A stretch of 64,000 bases of DNA from Vicugna vicugna. Lineage: Eukaryota. Shown here piece after piece: positions 1-12,415 of the stretch. The stretch covers positions 6,386,302-6,450,301 of the forward strand of contig MU058065.1 of assembly GCA_013265495.1 (NCBI GenBank). Direction: 5' to 3'. The notes beneath the pieces were generated by a model. It worked only from the letters and a program-made list of their open reading frames with translations. It was not told where the DNA came from and ran no database searches. The position numbers and the translations under genes are program-made. Numbering within the stretch: position 1 is the first letter of the stretch; the number at the start of each line of letters is the position of its first letter.

Positions 1-1670
1 CCCCCACACACAAGTGGAATTTACATTTCCAAGTGACAGAAGGTGCTAAATAGTTAACAGCATTCCCAGGTTCTCCTTACTTTGAACCCTGCCTTGAATG
101 CTATTTTCTGAGACCAGAGGCACCATTTGGACTCATAAAGAGTAGGATCACCTATATGTTTATTATGACTATCTTAATATGGATAATCAAAGGAAATAAC
201 ATTATAAATCCATATACTCTATCTCCAGAATTAAAAACTGTTAATATTTGTCATATTTGCTTCAAATCTATTTTAAAAATGAAAGCACTTCAGATTCAAT
301 GTTTCCTTCTTATCCTTCCCTTTGCCTTCCCTCCTCAGAGCAACCACTATATAACCTTACTACATATATATGTATCCAACAATAACCTATAGTATTTTTG
401 TATGGTTTTTAATTTATAAAAATAGTTTTCTACCATAAATATCATTCTATACTCAACTTTGGTTCTGAGTTCTATATTCATATATAAAAAGCTTGTGCAT
501 TCATTATGACTATTGCATAGTATTTCATTGTATACATCAAAATTTATTTATCCCGCTGATTGGCATATAACATGTTTCTGAATTTTTTATTCTACAAAGC
601 TGCAAAAAAAATTTTATGCATATGAGCAGCCATTACTTCAATAATCGTTAAAATGTCTGGTTTTATGCAAGACAGCAGAACTGTCATAAGTTTACAAATA
701 CATGGACCAGATAGTTGGACAGTAAGAATTTCCCTTTGATCTTCCACTGTAGAGGAACAATGGGCTGAGAGTAGAGGAAGATTCAAGACTGAACCAAAAA
801 AAAATTCCCTGGGATGCCCTCAGAGAGGCTGTTAGGAAAACAGAAGCATTTCCCACCTGCTATCTGAATCCCTCACACACCCAGAGACAAACATCAGTGC
901 TGAGCACACCTTTGCCTACAAGCTGGGAGGGGCGGGAGTGGAACAATGAGAGTACTCCAAGAACAAGGAGGGGATGGTCAGCAATGGATGCTGAACTAAA
1001 AAGAGGATACAGATGCAGAAGTGAATACCAAAAGTAAGGATCCAGAGCCAAACAGGGGTACAAAAGGAAGGGCCATCAGAAGACTTCAGAATTTTACATT
1101 GGACCAGGAAGCACTTGATCAGCAGTCCTTTTATCTCCTGTTCTCCATTCTTCTATTGTTGTTTTAAAAATTGTAAAAGGTAATACATATATGCACACTG
1201 TTAAAATTCAAACGTACAAAGGGTTCAAATTGACCCAAATAATGATGAACTATGCCTGTGCAGGATGATGCCAGAGGAAACTCTGGGAGGTCCATAGCAG
1301 TCTTGCAATAAAAAGTAATCTTCCTCCTACCTCTCATCTCCAGACTTCAAGACCCCTACACAGAGGCAACAATCATTACCAATTTCTTGTATGTCCTCCC
1401 AGAGATATTTTATGCATATAAAAATGTATATATGCATATATGCCTCACACTCTTTATGCACAAATGATGGCATACTATATAGTTTTGCACCTTACTTTCT
1501 TTCCATCTCTTAGCAAGCAATTTATATTAATACACATAGATCTGACCCTACTCTTTTTAATGGTTGCATAAAATTCCACCCTATGAATGTACTGTAATTT
1601 CTTTAATCAGTCCCCTACTAAGACATGCAAGTCATTCTAACCTTTCCCAATCAGAAATATTGCTGTCTTG

Positions 1671-3696
1671 GGATTTTCCGGTCAAGATGGCAGAGTAGTA
1701 AGGACCATGAGCTCGCTTCTCCTCGCAACTACAGCAAAACCACAACTGACTGCTAAACAACCACTGGGGAAAAAAACAGGCTGGAACTTAGCAAAATAAG
1801 AACTTCACTTGGAAACATAAAGAGGGAACCACAGCAGGATGGTAGGAGGGGTGTGCTCATGATATAATTGGGGCCCATACCCACTAGGTGGGTGACCCAC
1901 AAGCTGAAGAATAATTAAGCTGCAGAGGCCCTCCCACAGGACTAAGAGTTCTAAGCCCCAATTCAGGCTCACCAGCCGAGGTTCCCAGCATTGGGAGGAG
2001 GAGGAGACCACAGGACATCTGGTTTTGAAGGCCAGCAGGGCTTAACTCCAGGAACCCCACAGGATTGGGGAAAACAGGGACTTCATTCTCTTGGGAAGCA
2101 AACACAGAGTCTTGCATGCGCCAGGTCCAAGGGCAGAGGCAGTGATTTCATAGGAACCTGGGCCAGACCTGCCTGTAGGTTTTGGAGGATCTTCTAGGGA
2201 GGTAGGGAATGGCTGTGGCTCAACCAAGGGACATAAAAGCTGGTGGCAGACATTCTGGGAGTGTTCATCTACATGAGCTTTCATGGAGGCTGACATCTTT
2301 ATTGGATCATTAGCACCCCTAGCCCCACCCAACAGCCTATAGACTTAAGGGCTGAGAAGCCTCAGGCCAAATAACATACTGGGTAGGACCACATCCCCAG
2401 CCAACAGCAGACTTCCTGAGCCACAAACAACTCTAGACACGGCCCTACCCACAAGAGGTCCAGGACTAAGGTTCACCCAGAAGTGGGCAGGCACTGAATC
2501 CTCCGGCCAGGAAGCCTGCATAAGCCTCTAGGCCAGCCTCATCCACAGGGGGCAGATACCAGAAATAAAACAACAATCCTAAAGCCTGTGGAAGGAATCT
2601 ACAAACACAGGCCAGACTCTATACTGGGACCAGCTGAACACTGGCCCTTGGGTGACAAGAGAGGAGTATACTACTGGGACATGTAGGATGTCTCCCACAG
2701 AGGGCCACTTCTCCAAGGTCAAGAAACATAAATAACCTACCTAAAAATACAAATAGAAAGACAGACAATATGAGGTGACAGAAGAATATCTCCCAGGCCT
2801 AGGTACAAGATAAAACCCCAGAAGAAGAAATAAATGATGAGGAGATAGGCAATTTATCCAAGAGAGAGTTTAAAGTAAAGAAGTGAAGATGTTTGGAGAA
2901 CTCAAGAGGAGTACAGATACACAGAGCAAAGTTTTTAGCAAAGAGTTGGAAAATATAAAGAATACCCAAACAGAGTTAAAGAATAAAATCACTGAAATGA
3001 ATAACACACTACAAGGAACCAAGAATAGACTAAATGAGGCAGAAGAACAGATCAATGAGCTAGAAGACGTACTAGGGGAAATCACTATTGCGGAATAGAA
3101 AAAAGAATGAAAAGAAAGGAGGATAGTTTAAAAGAACCCTGGGACAACATGAAGCATACTAATATTCACATTATAGGGGTCCCAGAAAGAGAAGAGAGAG
3201 AGAAAGGACGTAAGAAAATTTCTGAAGAAATAATAACTGAAAACTTGGGAAAGGAAACAATCACCCAAGTCCAGGAAGCGCAGAAAGTTACACACAGGAT
3301 CAACCCAAAGAGGAACACACCAAGGCACATAATAATCAAGTTGACAAAAATTAAGGATAAAGAGAAAATATTAAAATTAGAAAGAGAAAAGTAACAAATA
3401 ACATACAAGGGAACTCTGCAGATTTTTCAGCGGAAATTCTACAGGCCAGAAGGGAGTGGCACGATATATTTAAAGTGATGAAAGAGGAAAACTTACAACC
3501 AAGAACACTCCATCCAGCAAGGCTCTCATTCAGATCTGATGAAGAAATCAAAAGCTTCACAGATAAACAAAAGCTGAAAGAATTCAGTACCACCAAACCA
3601 GCTTTACAACAAATGTTAAAGGAACTTCTCTAGTCATTAAACCATAAGAAAAGAGAACAAAAAGAAGAAAGAGAAAAAAAAAAAAAGACCTACAAA
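1671..3696 (+). mobile_element. LINE-1 5'UTR plus disrupted ORF1 (first module of a TSD-bounded composite insertion 1671-5662)
   Basis: Starts with a typical L1 5' terminus (GGATTTTCCGGTCAAGATGGC). ORF1-like peptides at 2883-3098 and 3107-3394 (NIHIIGVPE, RINPKRNTPRHIIIKL). Likely ORF1 ATG at about 2770 and TAG at 3631, with internal stops and frameshifts. Confidence 0.9.
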
Positions 3697-3996
3697 AGAT
3701 TGTTTTGGCACTTCAGGGTCTTTTATGGTTCAGTATAAATTTTGGAATTGTTTGTTCTAGTTCTATGAAAAATGTTGTGAGCATTTTGACAGGGGTTGCA
3801 TTGGATCTGCAGGTTGCTTTGGGTAGTGTGGCCATCTTGATAATGTTGATTCTTCCAATCCAAGAGCATAAGAGATCTTTCTGTTCCTTTGTATCATCTT
3901 CAATTTCCTTCATCAATGTCTTGCAGTTTTCAGAGTATAGGTAGCCTCCCTGGTTAAGTTTATTTCTAGGTATTTTGCTGTTTTTGATGCAATGGA
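3697..3996 (-). mobile_element. Inverted LINE-1 ORF2 fragment
   Basis: Minus ORF 3713-3916 contains CSWIGRINIIKMATLPKA...FFIELEQTIPKF, typical of L1 ORF2 downstream of the RT domain. Confidence 0.85.
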
Positions 3997-4062
3997 AATG
4001 TTTATGCCAGTTATAAAATTCTGGTTTTTAATGTGAAAAGAAAAAGTGAATGATGGGCCACA

Positions 4063-4700
4063 AATGGCAAAAAATCCTTCTTCTTTATGGGTGGGTTGTA
4101 TTCATATATATATACATATATATAAATATTTATAAAAAAAATATATATATATAAATATATATATGTAAAATGTCTTCTTTATCCATTTATCTATTGATGT
4201 GCACTTAGGATCCTTCCATATCTTGGCAATTATAAATAATGTTGCTGTTAATAGCAGGGTGTATATATCTTTTTGAATTAATGTTTTTGTTTTTCTCAGA
4301 TATATACTGAGGATGAAATTGCTGGGCCATATGGTGGTTCTATTTGCAGGCTTTTGAGAAACCTCCATAGTGACTGCACCAATTTATATTCCCACCAGTG
4401 TACAAGGGTTCCCTTTTCTCCATATCCTTGCCAACATTTGTCATTTGTATTCTTTCTGATGATGGCCATTCTGACAGGTGTGTGATGATGTCTCACTGTG
4501 ATTTTTATTTGCATTTCCCTGATATTAGTGATGTTGAGCAACTTGCATGTGCTTGTTGGCCATCTTCATTTCCTCTTTTGTTAAAATGTCTGTTCATTTC
4601 TTCTTGTCTATATTTTAAATGGGTTGGCTGGTTGGTTGGTTGATTTTTAATTGAAGTACAGTTGATTTAAAATGTTGTATTAGTTTCTGGTGTATAACAT
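4063..4700 (-). mobile_element. LINE-1 ORF2 C-terminal and 3' fragments
   Basis: Minus ORF 4296-4541 contains [21 protein letters not shown]...[25 protein letters not shown] (ORF2 cysteine-rich region). Confidence 0.85.
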
Positions 4701-5120
4701 GGATGGACTTGGAGGATTATGCTAAATGAAATAAGTCAGAGAAAGACAAATACAGTAAGATATCACTTACATGTGGAATCTTAAAAAATACAAAAACTAG
4801 TGAATATAACAGAAAAGAAACAGACTCACAGATGCAGAAAAGGAACTAGTGGTTCTCCCCAGTGGGGAGAAGGAAGGAGCAGGGGCAAGATGGAGGTGGA
4901 GGATTAAGTGGTACAAACTATCAGGTATAAAATAAGCTACAAGGAAGTATTGTACAACATGAGGAATATAGCCAATATTTTATAATAACTATAAATGGAG
5001 TATAATCTTCAAAAATTGTGAATTACTATATTGTATACCTGTAACATACAATACTGTACATCAACTATACTTCAGTTTTTTAAATATATTATAAAATAAA
5101 TACACAAATAAATTTTTAAA
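4700..5120 (+). mobile_element. LINE-1 3'UTR fragment
   Basis: ATGGATGGACTTGGAGGATTATGCTAAATGAAATAAGTCAGA...CAACTATACTTCA followed by an A-rich end. Confidence 0.8.
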
Positions 5121-5338
5121 AGGCCATGATCAGGCAAGAAAAAAATGAATACAAAGTAACTTATTAAAAAACCCAAAAACAATGATCTTTGATGTTCCCA
5201 CTACCTGGTTTTTGTTGCAAAAACTCTTCTGTATCCTCGTTCCTCCCTTATCTCTTTAGAGCAGTCCCTCAGAACTACCTGAGAGGCTGTCTTCCAGGCT
5301 TAAGTCCTCAGTGAGTCTGCTGAATAAAACAATTCTCA
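5121..5338 (+). mobile_element. ERV LTR 3' fragment with poly(A) signal; resumes at 5651-5655 after a nested L1 piece
   Basis: GAGCAGTCCCTCAGAACTACCTGAGAGGCTGTCTTCCAGGCT...GAATAAAACAATTCTCA[...]ACTTT resembles the U3/R region of ERV1-type LTRs. AATAAA at 5323-5328. Confidence 0.6.
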
Positions 5339-5641
5339 GATTCAGACATAGTAAACAATCTATGGTTACCAGTGGGGAAAAGGGGTGGGAAGGGATAAAT
5401 TGGGAGTTCAAGACTTGCAAATATTAAAAAAAAAGATTCGCAAATATTAACTACTATATAAAAAATAGATTTAAAAAATTTCTTCATATAGCACAGGAAA
5501 CTATCTATATTCAATATCTTGTAGTAACCTATAATGAAAAAGAATATGAAAATGAGTATATCTATGTATATGTATGATTGAAACATGTTGTACACCAGAA
5601 ATTGACACATTGTAACTGAGTATGCTTCAATTAAAAAAAAA
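5339..5641 (+). mobile_element. 5'-truncated L1 3' end nested in the LTR fragment
   Basis: L1 3'UTR motifs (ATGGTTACCAGTGGGGAAAGGGG, ATAGCACAGGAAACTAT) and an A tail. TSD AAAACAATTCTCA (5326-5338) vs AAAATACTTCTCA (5638-5650). Confidence 0.8.
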
Positions 5642-6274
5642 TACTTCTCAACTTTAAAAAAAAGAAATATTACTATTTTGAATAGCCTGGAATATCTCTT
5701 TGACCACAGAATTTTATCTGTAAGATAAAAAATCTGGCAGTGTATTTACTAAATTGGTATGATTCACATTTATTTACCTTAATATCTAGTTTCAAATTTC
5801 CCATCCCTGAGGCTTTAAAGGCAATACACTTGTTCTGCCAGAGTCTCAAGGACAATCTGTAAATGTCTGCCAGATGAGACTGAAAAACACTCAAGCCAAG
5901 TCAAGGTAACTGGAGGATAATCTCTGGAAGGCTTGATGGTAACATGAGTACTGGGAAAGAAAATCCATCTAATCAACGGTATTAGCCAAATTGAAGAAAG
6001 AATGTGTTAACAGGATGGGAGTGGCCATTATAAAACCCAGAAGAAGGAGCCAAACAGTAAAAATAGGTAGCATTTATCTCTGAAGAGAGAGAGACATACT
6101 TAATCTAATGGACAGGCACCAGAGAAGCACATTCAACTAGGTTTCTCCAAGGCCTAGATTAAATTTCCTTCCATATAATCCTACTGTTTTAGTTCTGGGG
6201 TCCCTGCACAGCAAGCTGTCCAGTGATGTAGTTGCTAATTTATCTCCCTAGGAACCTGGATTCTAGGAAGAAGA

Positions 6275-6882
6275 TGTGGTGAATTAAAGAGGGCCACTGA
6301 TTCTTTGACATTTCTCCCATCAAGAGGTCAGGTCTACATCTTCTCCTCTAGAATCTGGGTAGGTTCTGTAACTGCTTTGATGGGTAGAATATAGCAGAAA
6401 TGATGTTCTGTCAGTTTCCCGATCCAGGCCTTAAGAAACTGCAACTTCTACTTTCTGTCTCTTGGAATATTCTCCCCGGGGGAAGCCAGCATTATACAGA
6501 GACCCTCATGCTGTGAGGAAGCCCAAATTAGCCTTGTGGAGAGAGACATACTCAGCTGTTCTGACCAAACCAGTCTATGTACCCAACGTGCAATTGAAGA
6601 AGTCATCTTGGAAATTCCAGCCCCAGCAGATGCAATGTGGAAAAAAGGATGAGGAAGCCAACCAAAGCCAGACCTGAGGCCCAAACACATGGCCCCACTT
6701 GAGCTATCCCACATATCTTCAGCCATTCAAACTAAAACCCTACTCTATGGTGAAGCACTGATAAGCCATTCCTGATGTGCACTGCCCAAACTCCTGATCC
6801 ATAAATCATGAGTATAACAAAATGTTCTTTTAAGCCACTATGCTTTGGGATAGTTTGTTACATGGTGGAGGATAACTAGAAT
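6275..6882 (+). mobile_element. MaLR (MLT1-type) solo LTR
   Basis: TGTGGTGAATTAAAGAGGGCC...TTTTAAGCCACTATGCTTTGGGATAGTTTGTTAC...GATAACTAGAATA has MLT1-like ends. Subfamily not assigned. Confidence 0.7.
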
Positions 6883-7879
6883 AGTGAGTTTCTGTGTGAT
6901 GGAGTATTATGATCCCTGGGATGGCTAACTTCCATAAATAAATACATGGGCACTCCCATCCACAATTTGTTTCTGTGAGTTTGGCTAATGTGGGTCAGTC
7001 CCCAAGAGCCTACCCATGCTGAATATGCTGACAAAATTTAGTTTCTAAACCTGGGAAGCTGACACCTGAAAGCCCAGGCTTAATCAATCTGCCCACCTCC
7101 CTCACTGTCTCTTTTTCCCTTTATCTTATGTCAGACAACCCAGTTAGGGAACTGAGAAGAGTCTCACAAATAACTTTACCACCAGATGTAGCCACTACTC
7201 AGTACCACACACAGCCCTTTGTTTTGGTACATGACATGTATTTATTTGTTAAACATTACAGAAAATTTCTCCTATTCTCAGAATTGTGCCTGCTGCTGGG
7301 AAGTACAGAGCTGGGAAAGACATAAGCCAGCCCTCAGAGCTTCACCATCCAGTATCTAAGCCATATAAACAGGTAATGATCAGAAACATGTGAACTTAAA
7401 TATATAACAGACCTAAAGGGAGAAATAAACAGCAATACAATAACAGTAGGAGACTTTAATACCCAACTTTCATCAGGGGATAGATCATCCAGACAGAAAA
7501 GCAATAAGGAAACATTGACCTTAAATGTCATATTAGACCAAATGAAAGTAACAGACATATACAGAACATTCCACCCAAAAGCAACAGAAAACATTTTCTT
7601 TTCAAGCACACATGAAACATTCTCCAGGATAGATCATATGTTAGGTAAAAAAAACAAACCTTCATAAATTTAAGAAGACTGAAGTCCAATCAGGCATCTT
7701 TTCCCATTCAATGTTATAAAACTAAAAATCAATTGCAAAAATAAAACTGGAAAATTCACAAATATTTGGAGATTAAACAATATGCTACTGGACAACCACT
7801 AGGTCAAAGAAGAAATCAAAATAGAAATTTTTAAGTACCTAAAGATGAATGAAAGTGGAAAACACAACACATCAAAAAT

Positions 7880-8343
7880 TAAAGGAAGGGGTGCCTGGGA
7901 AAAAGGAGACTGGGGCTCCAAATGTCAGCTTGAGGAATTTAAAGCTGATTCCCCAGACCATGCAGGGATTCCCAAGCAGTGGAGTAATTAATCAAACATG
8001 CTTTAAGGGGCACTGATATGGCAATGGTGAGGGGGTAGATTGCAAGGGCAGATCAAGCAGCGAGGGAGATCAAGCAGGAGGGAGCATCCATACATCATCT
8101 CTTCCCAGAGTCATGCAGCTGCTCATGCTGCCAGCCGAGCTGCAAACAAGCAAGGAGGCTGACCTGGTGCTGGAGCTGCTGGAGCTGCTGGAGCTGCTGG
8201 AGATGGAAGTGATATCCTCTGCACTGGGCAGAATAAAGCCTGCCAGGTTCAGAAGGTCATGGATCATCTGGCCTTTGATGCTGATGTCCAGTGGAGAGTG
8301 GGAACAGAGGCTTTGAGGAAAGGATGCAAAGAGTGGTAAAGGC
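7880..8343 (-). pseudogene. TTLL4: Unprocessed duplicate of one TTLL4 exon (copy exon 8164-8310) with flanking intron sequence; source 33897-34338
   Basis: Manual alignment gives 125/138 identities over the exon plus one 9-nt in-frame repeat-unit insertion. The intron flanks also align. Peptide SPLDISIKGQMIHDLLNLAGFILPSAED vs source SPLDISIKGQMIRDLLNLAGFVLPNAED. Confidence 0.95.
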
Positions 8344-8628
8344 CAAAACTTATCAGAAGCAGCAAAAGCAGTTCTAAGAAGGAAGTTCATAGCAATAAAT
8401 GCCTACATTAAGAAACAAGAAAGATCTCAAATAAACAGCCTAACTTTACACCTCAAGGGGCTAGAAAAATAAAAATAAACTAACCTCAAAGTTAATGGAA
8501 GGAAGGAAATAATGAAGACCTGAGCAGAAACAAATAGAGACTAAAAAGGACAATAGAAAAGATCAGCGAAACTATGAGTTGGCTTTTTAAAAAGATAAAC
8601 AAAATGGGCAAACCTTTAGCTAGACTAC

Positions 8629-8629
<1 letters not shown>

Positions 8630-8670
<41 letters not shown>
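8630..8670. repeat. Poly(A) run of about 41 nt inside L1 ORF2
   Basis: Direct reading of the sequence. Confidence 0.95.
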
Positions 8671-8671
<1 letters not shown>

Positions 8672-10166
8672 AGAAATGAAAGAGGAGACATTACAACTGA
8701 TAGCACAAAAACACAAAAAGTCACAAGAAAATATTCTGAACAATTATATGCCAACAACTTGGACAACCTAGAAGAAATGGATAAATTTCTAGAAATATAC
8801 ATCCTATCAAGACTGAACCATGAAGAAATAGATAATCTGACCAGACCAATTACTACTAAAAGATCGAATCAGTCATCAAAACCTCCTAACAAACGAAAGT
8901 TAAAGACCAGATGCCTTCACTGGTTAATTCTTCCAAACATTTAAAGAGTTAATACCAACTCTTCTTAAACTTTTCCAAAAAACAGAAGAGGAAGGAACAC
9001 TTCCAAACTCATTTTATGGAGCCAGCATTTTCCTAATACTAAAACTAGACAAGGACACTACAAGAAAAGAAAATTACAGGCCAATATCCCTGATGAGTGT
9101 AAATGAAAACATCTTCAACAAAATATTAGCAAACCAAATTCAACAATAAATTTTTTTAAAAATACACTATAATCAAATAGGATTTATTCCAGGGATACAA
9201 GGATGGTTTGACATCTGCAAACCAATCAATGTGATATGACACATTAACAAATGAAGGATAAAAATCATATGATCATCTCAATAGATGCAGAAAAGCATTT
9301 CACAAATCCACTTACAATAAAATCACTTATAAAATATCCACTTACAATAAAAACTCTTATAAAAGTGGGTATAGAGAGAATGTAAGTTAGCACAATAAAA
9401 GTCATATATGACAAGTCCATAGCTAATATCATAGTCAATGGCAAAAAGCTGAAGGCTTTTCCTGTAAGATCAGGAACGAGACAAAGATGCCCACTCTTGC
9501 CACTTTTCACCATAGTATTAGAAGTCTTAGCCAGAGCAATTAGGCAAGAATAAGAAACAAAAGGCATTTAAATCAGAAAGGAAGAAGTAAAACTGTCACT
9601 ATTTGCAGATGACACCATATGATATACAGAAAACCCTAAAGACTCCACCAAAAAAAAAAAAGTTACAACTAATAAATGAATTCAGTAAAGTTGCAGGATA
9701 CAAAATCAATATACAAAAATCAGCTGTATCTCTATACATTAATAAAAAACTATTAGAAAGAGACATTAAGAAACACTCTCATTTGCAATTGCATCAAAAA
9801 AAATGCCTAGGAATAAATTTAACCAAGGAGGTGAAAGACCTATATGCTAAAAACTATGATGCTGAAGGAAAAAATTAAAGAAGATACAAATAAATGGAAA
9901 GATATTCCATACTCATAGATTGGAAGAATTAATACTGTTAAAATGACCATACTACCCAAAGCAATCTACAGATTCAATGCAATTCCTACTAAAATTCCAA
10001 TGGCATTTTTCACAGAAATAGAACAGTCTTAAGATTTGTATGGAACTACAAATGACCCTGAATAGCCAAAGTAATCTTGAGAAAGAAGAACAAAGCTAGA
10101 GGCATCATGCTTCCTGATTTCAAAGTATATTACAAAGCTATAGTAATCAAAACAGTATGGTATTGG

Positions 10167-10169
<3 letters not shown>

Positions 10170-10203
<34 letters not shown>
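10170..10203. repeat. (CA)n microsatellite; similar tracts at about 10708-10734 and 11221-11257
   Basis: Direct reading of the sequence. Confidence 0.95.
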
Positions 10204-10206
<3 letters not shown>

Positions 10207-11218
10207 GTGGAACAGAATAGAGAGCCCAGAAATAAACCCACACATATATGGTAAATTAATTTATGACAAGGGAGCCAAGAATATATAATGGAGAATGGGT
10301 AGTCTATTCAATAAATGGTTTGGGAAAACTGGATAGCCACATTCAAAAGAATGAAATTGAATCACTACCTTACACCATACACAAAAATTAACTCAAAGTG
10401 GATTAAAAACTTGAACATAAGACCTGAATATAAAACTTCCAGAAGAAAACATAGGCAATAAGCTGCTTGATATCAGTGTCAATGATGATTTTTTGGATTT
10501 GACACCAAAAGCAAAGGCAGCAAAGGCAATAAAAGCAAAAATAAACAAGTGGGACTCCATTAAACTAAAAAATGTTTTGCATAACAAAGGAGACCATCAA
10601 CAAAATGAAAAGGCAACCTACTAACTGGGAGATAATATTTGCAAGTCATATATCTGATAAGGGCTAACATCCAAAAATATATGAAGAACTCATATACTGC
10701 AATAGAAACACACACACACACATACACACACACACCCCAAACAATACAATTAAAACATGGGCAGGGGTTCTGAATTTGATATTTTTCCAAGAAGACATAC
10801 AAATGGCCAACAGGTGAATAAAAAGGTACTCAACATCACTAGTCATCAGGGAATTGCAAATCAAAACTACAATGAGATATCACCTCGCACCTGTTACAAT
10901 GACTAAAAGATAAAAAAGAAAAAAACAAGAGTTGGCAAGGATGTGGAGAAAAAGGAACCCTTGTGCACAGTTGGTGGGAATGTAAATTGGTACAGCTACC
11001 ATGGAAAAGAGTATGGAGGTTCCTCAAAAAATTAAAAATAGAACTATCATATAATCCAGTGGTCTCAGTTATGGGTATTCATTCCAAGAAAATGAAAACA
11101 CTAAACTCAAAAAGATAAATGTATCCCCAAGTTCATTAAGCCTTATTTACAATAGCCAAGACATGGAAACATGGAAGCAACCTGTGTTCATCAATGGATG
11201 AATGGATTAAAAGATGTG

Positions 11219-11260
<42 letters not shown>

Positions 11261-12044
11261 GAATATTATTCAGCTATAAAAAAGAAGGAAATCCTGCCAT
11301 TTACACCAACAAGGATGGACACTGAGGGAATTATGCTAAGTGAAATAAGTCAGACAGAGTAAAACAAATATCGAATGATCTCATGTATATGTGGAATCTA
11401 AAAACAAAACAACACTCATACATACAGAGAACAGATTGGTGGTTGCCAGAGGCAGGAGGATGGGAGGAGGGCAAAATGGGTGAAGGTGGTCAAAAAGTAC
11501 AAACTTCTAGTTGTAAAATAAATAAGTGGGGATTACAGACTTACATCCTGGGGATGTAATGTATAGCGTGGTGACTATAACAATACTAGATTGTATACTT
11601 GAAAGTTGCTACAAGAGTAGATCTTAAAAGTTCTCATCACAAGAAGAAAGTTTTAACTAAATATATATATGTAAAAGAAACATGGCATATGAAATGGAAA
11701 ATACTATGTTCAGGAGGCATTAAGGGGACATGAGAGGGGTCACCAACTCAGGCAGTCTACAATTAGCACTACATAATAGATAGCTGATCTCATCATTCTC
11801 GGGGCTGACATCTTTGAAAGATCAATTTAATACAAATTTAACATATGTTCACATTTCATTTTCTCATCACTCTCAATATTATTTTAGTTAGGAAAGAGAA
11901 AGGAACTGGCATTTATAGACTAGCATGGTTTTCATATGTCCCAATTTCCACTCCAACCCCTTAAAGTCCTACATTGTTTCCCTAAGTTGATTTTATTAAT
12001 TGTATGTGTGATATGCAGTTTTTGACAACTCGGGGGGCAGGGGA

Positions 12045-12415
12045 CATTATGGTCAGCTGCCCTTATATCAATTCCAATCCTCCTCCTTGTGCAGTAGCCA
12101 CCTGTTTAGGTGGTAGAAACCCCAACCCCAGCTTTAGGAGTGAGCCTGCATGAGTCTAAGCTTGAGTATGCCTATGGTCACTATGATGGGTTCAGGAATG
12201 GGCAATTAACCCAGGCCAGCCAACTAAGTTCTGTGTGAAAGCAGAGCCAAGAGAACTGCAGAAGGACAAAACTGTAGCTTTGATGATCTCATGAATCTCT
12301 AGAACAAACTATATCTGAAGGGCGCTCAACTATTAGACTTTTCGGTTATATGAACCAATAAAGCTGCGTCATAGTTTAAGCCAGTGTGGCAACCAAATGG
12401 ATTTGAACTGACACA
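12045..12415 (+). mobile_element. Old MaLR (MLT1-type) LTR remnant
   Basis: GACTTTTCGGTTATATGAACCAATAAA...TTTAAGCCAGTGTG resembles an MLT1 3' end. Confidence 0.5.

Larger units (their letters stand above)
7381..11660 (+). mobile_element. 5'-truncated old LINE-1 (ORF2 endonuclease region to 3'UTR), interrupted at 7880-8343 by a TTLL4-derived insert
   Basis: Continuous ORF2-like sequence ([40 protein letters not shown] of the RT FADD motif, [18 protein letters not shown]) with many stops. The 3'UTR ends TTCTCATCACAAG. Confidence 0.92.

Noticed and set aside
7880..8343. A second TTLL4 gene, or an assembly duplication
   Set aside because: Only one exon is present and it is embedded in L1. About 9% exon divergence plus indels is far too much for a mis-assembled duplicate.
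7381..11660. Active L1
   Set aside because: 5'-truncated, with many stops, frameshifts and insertions in ORF2.
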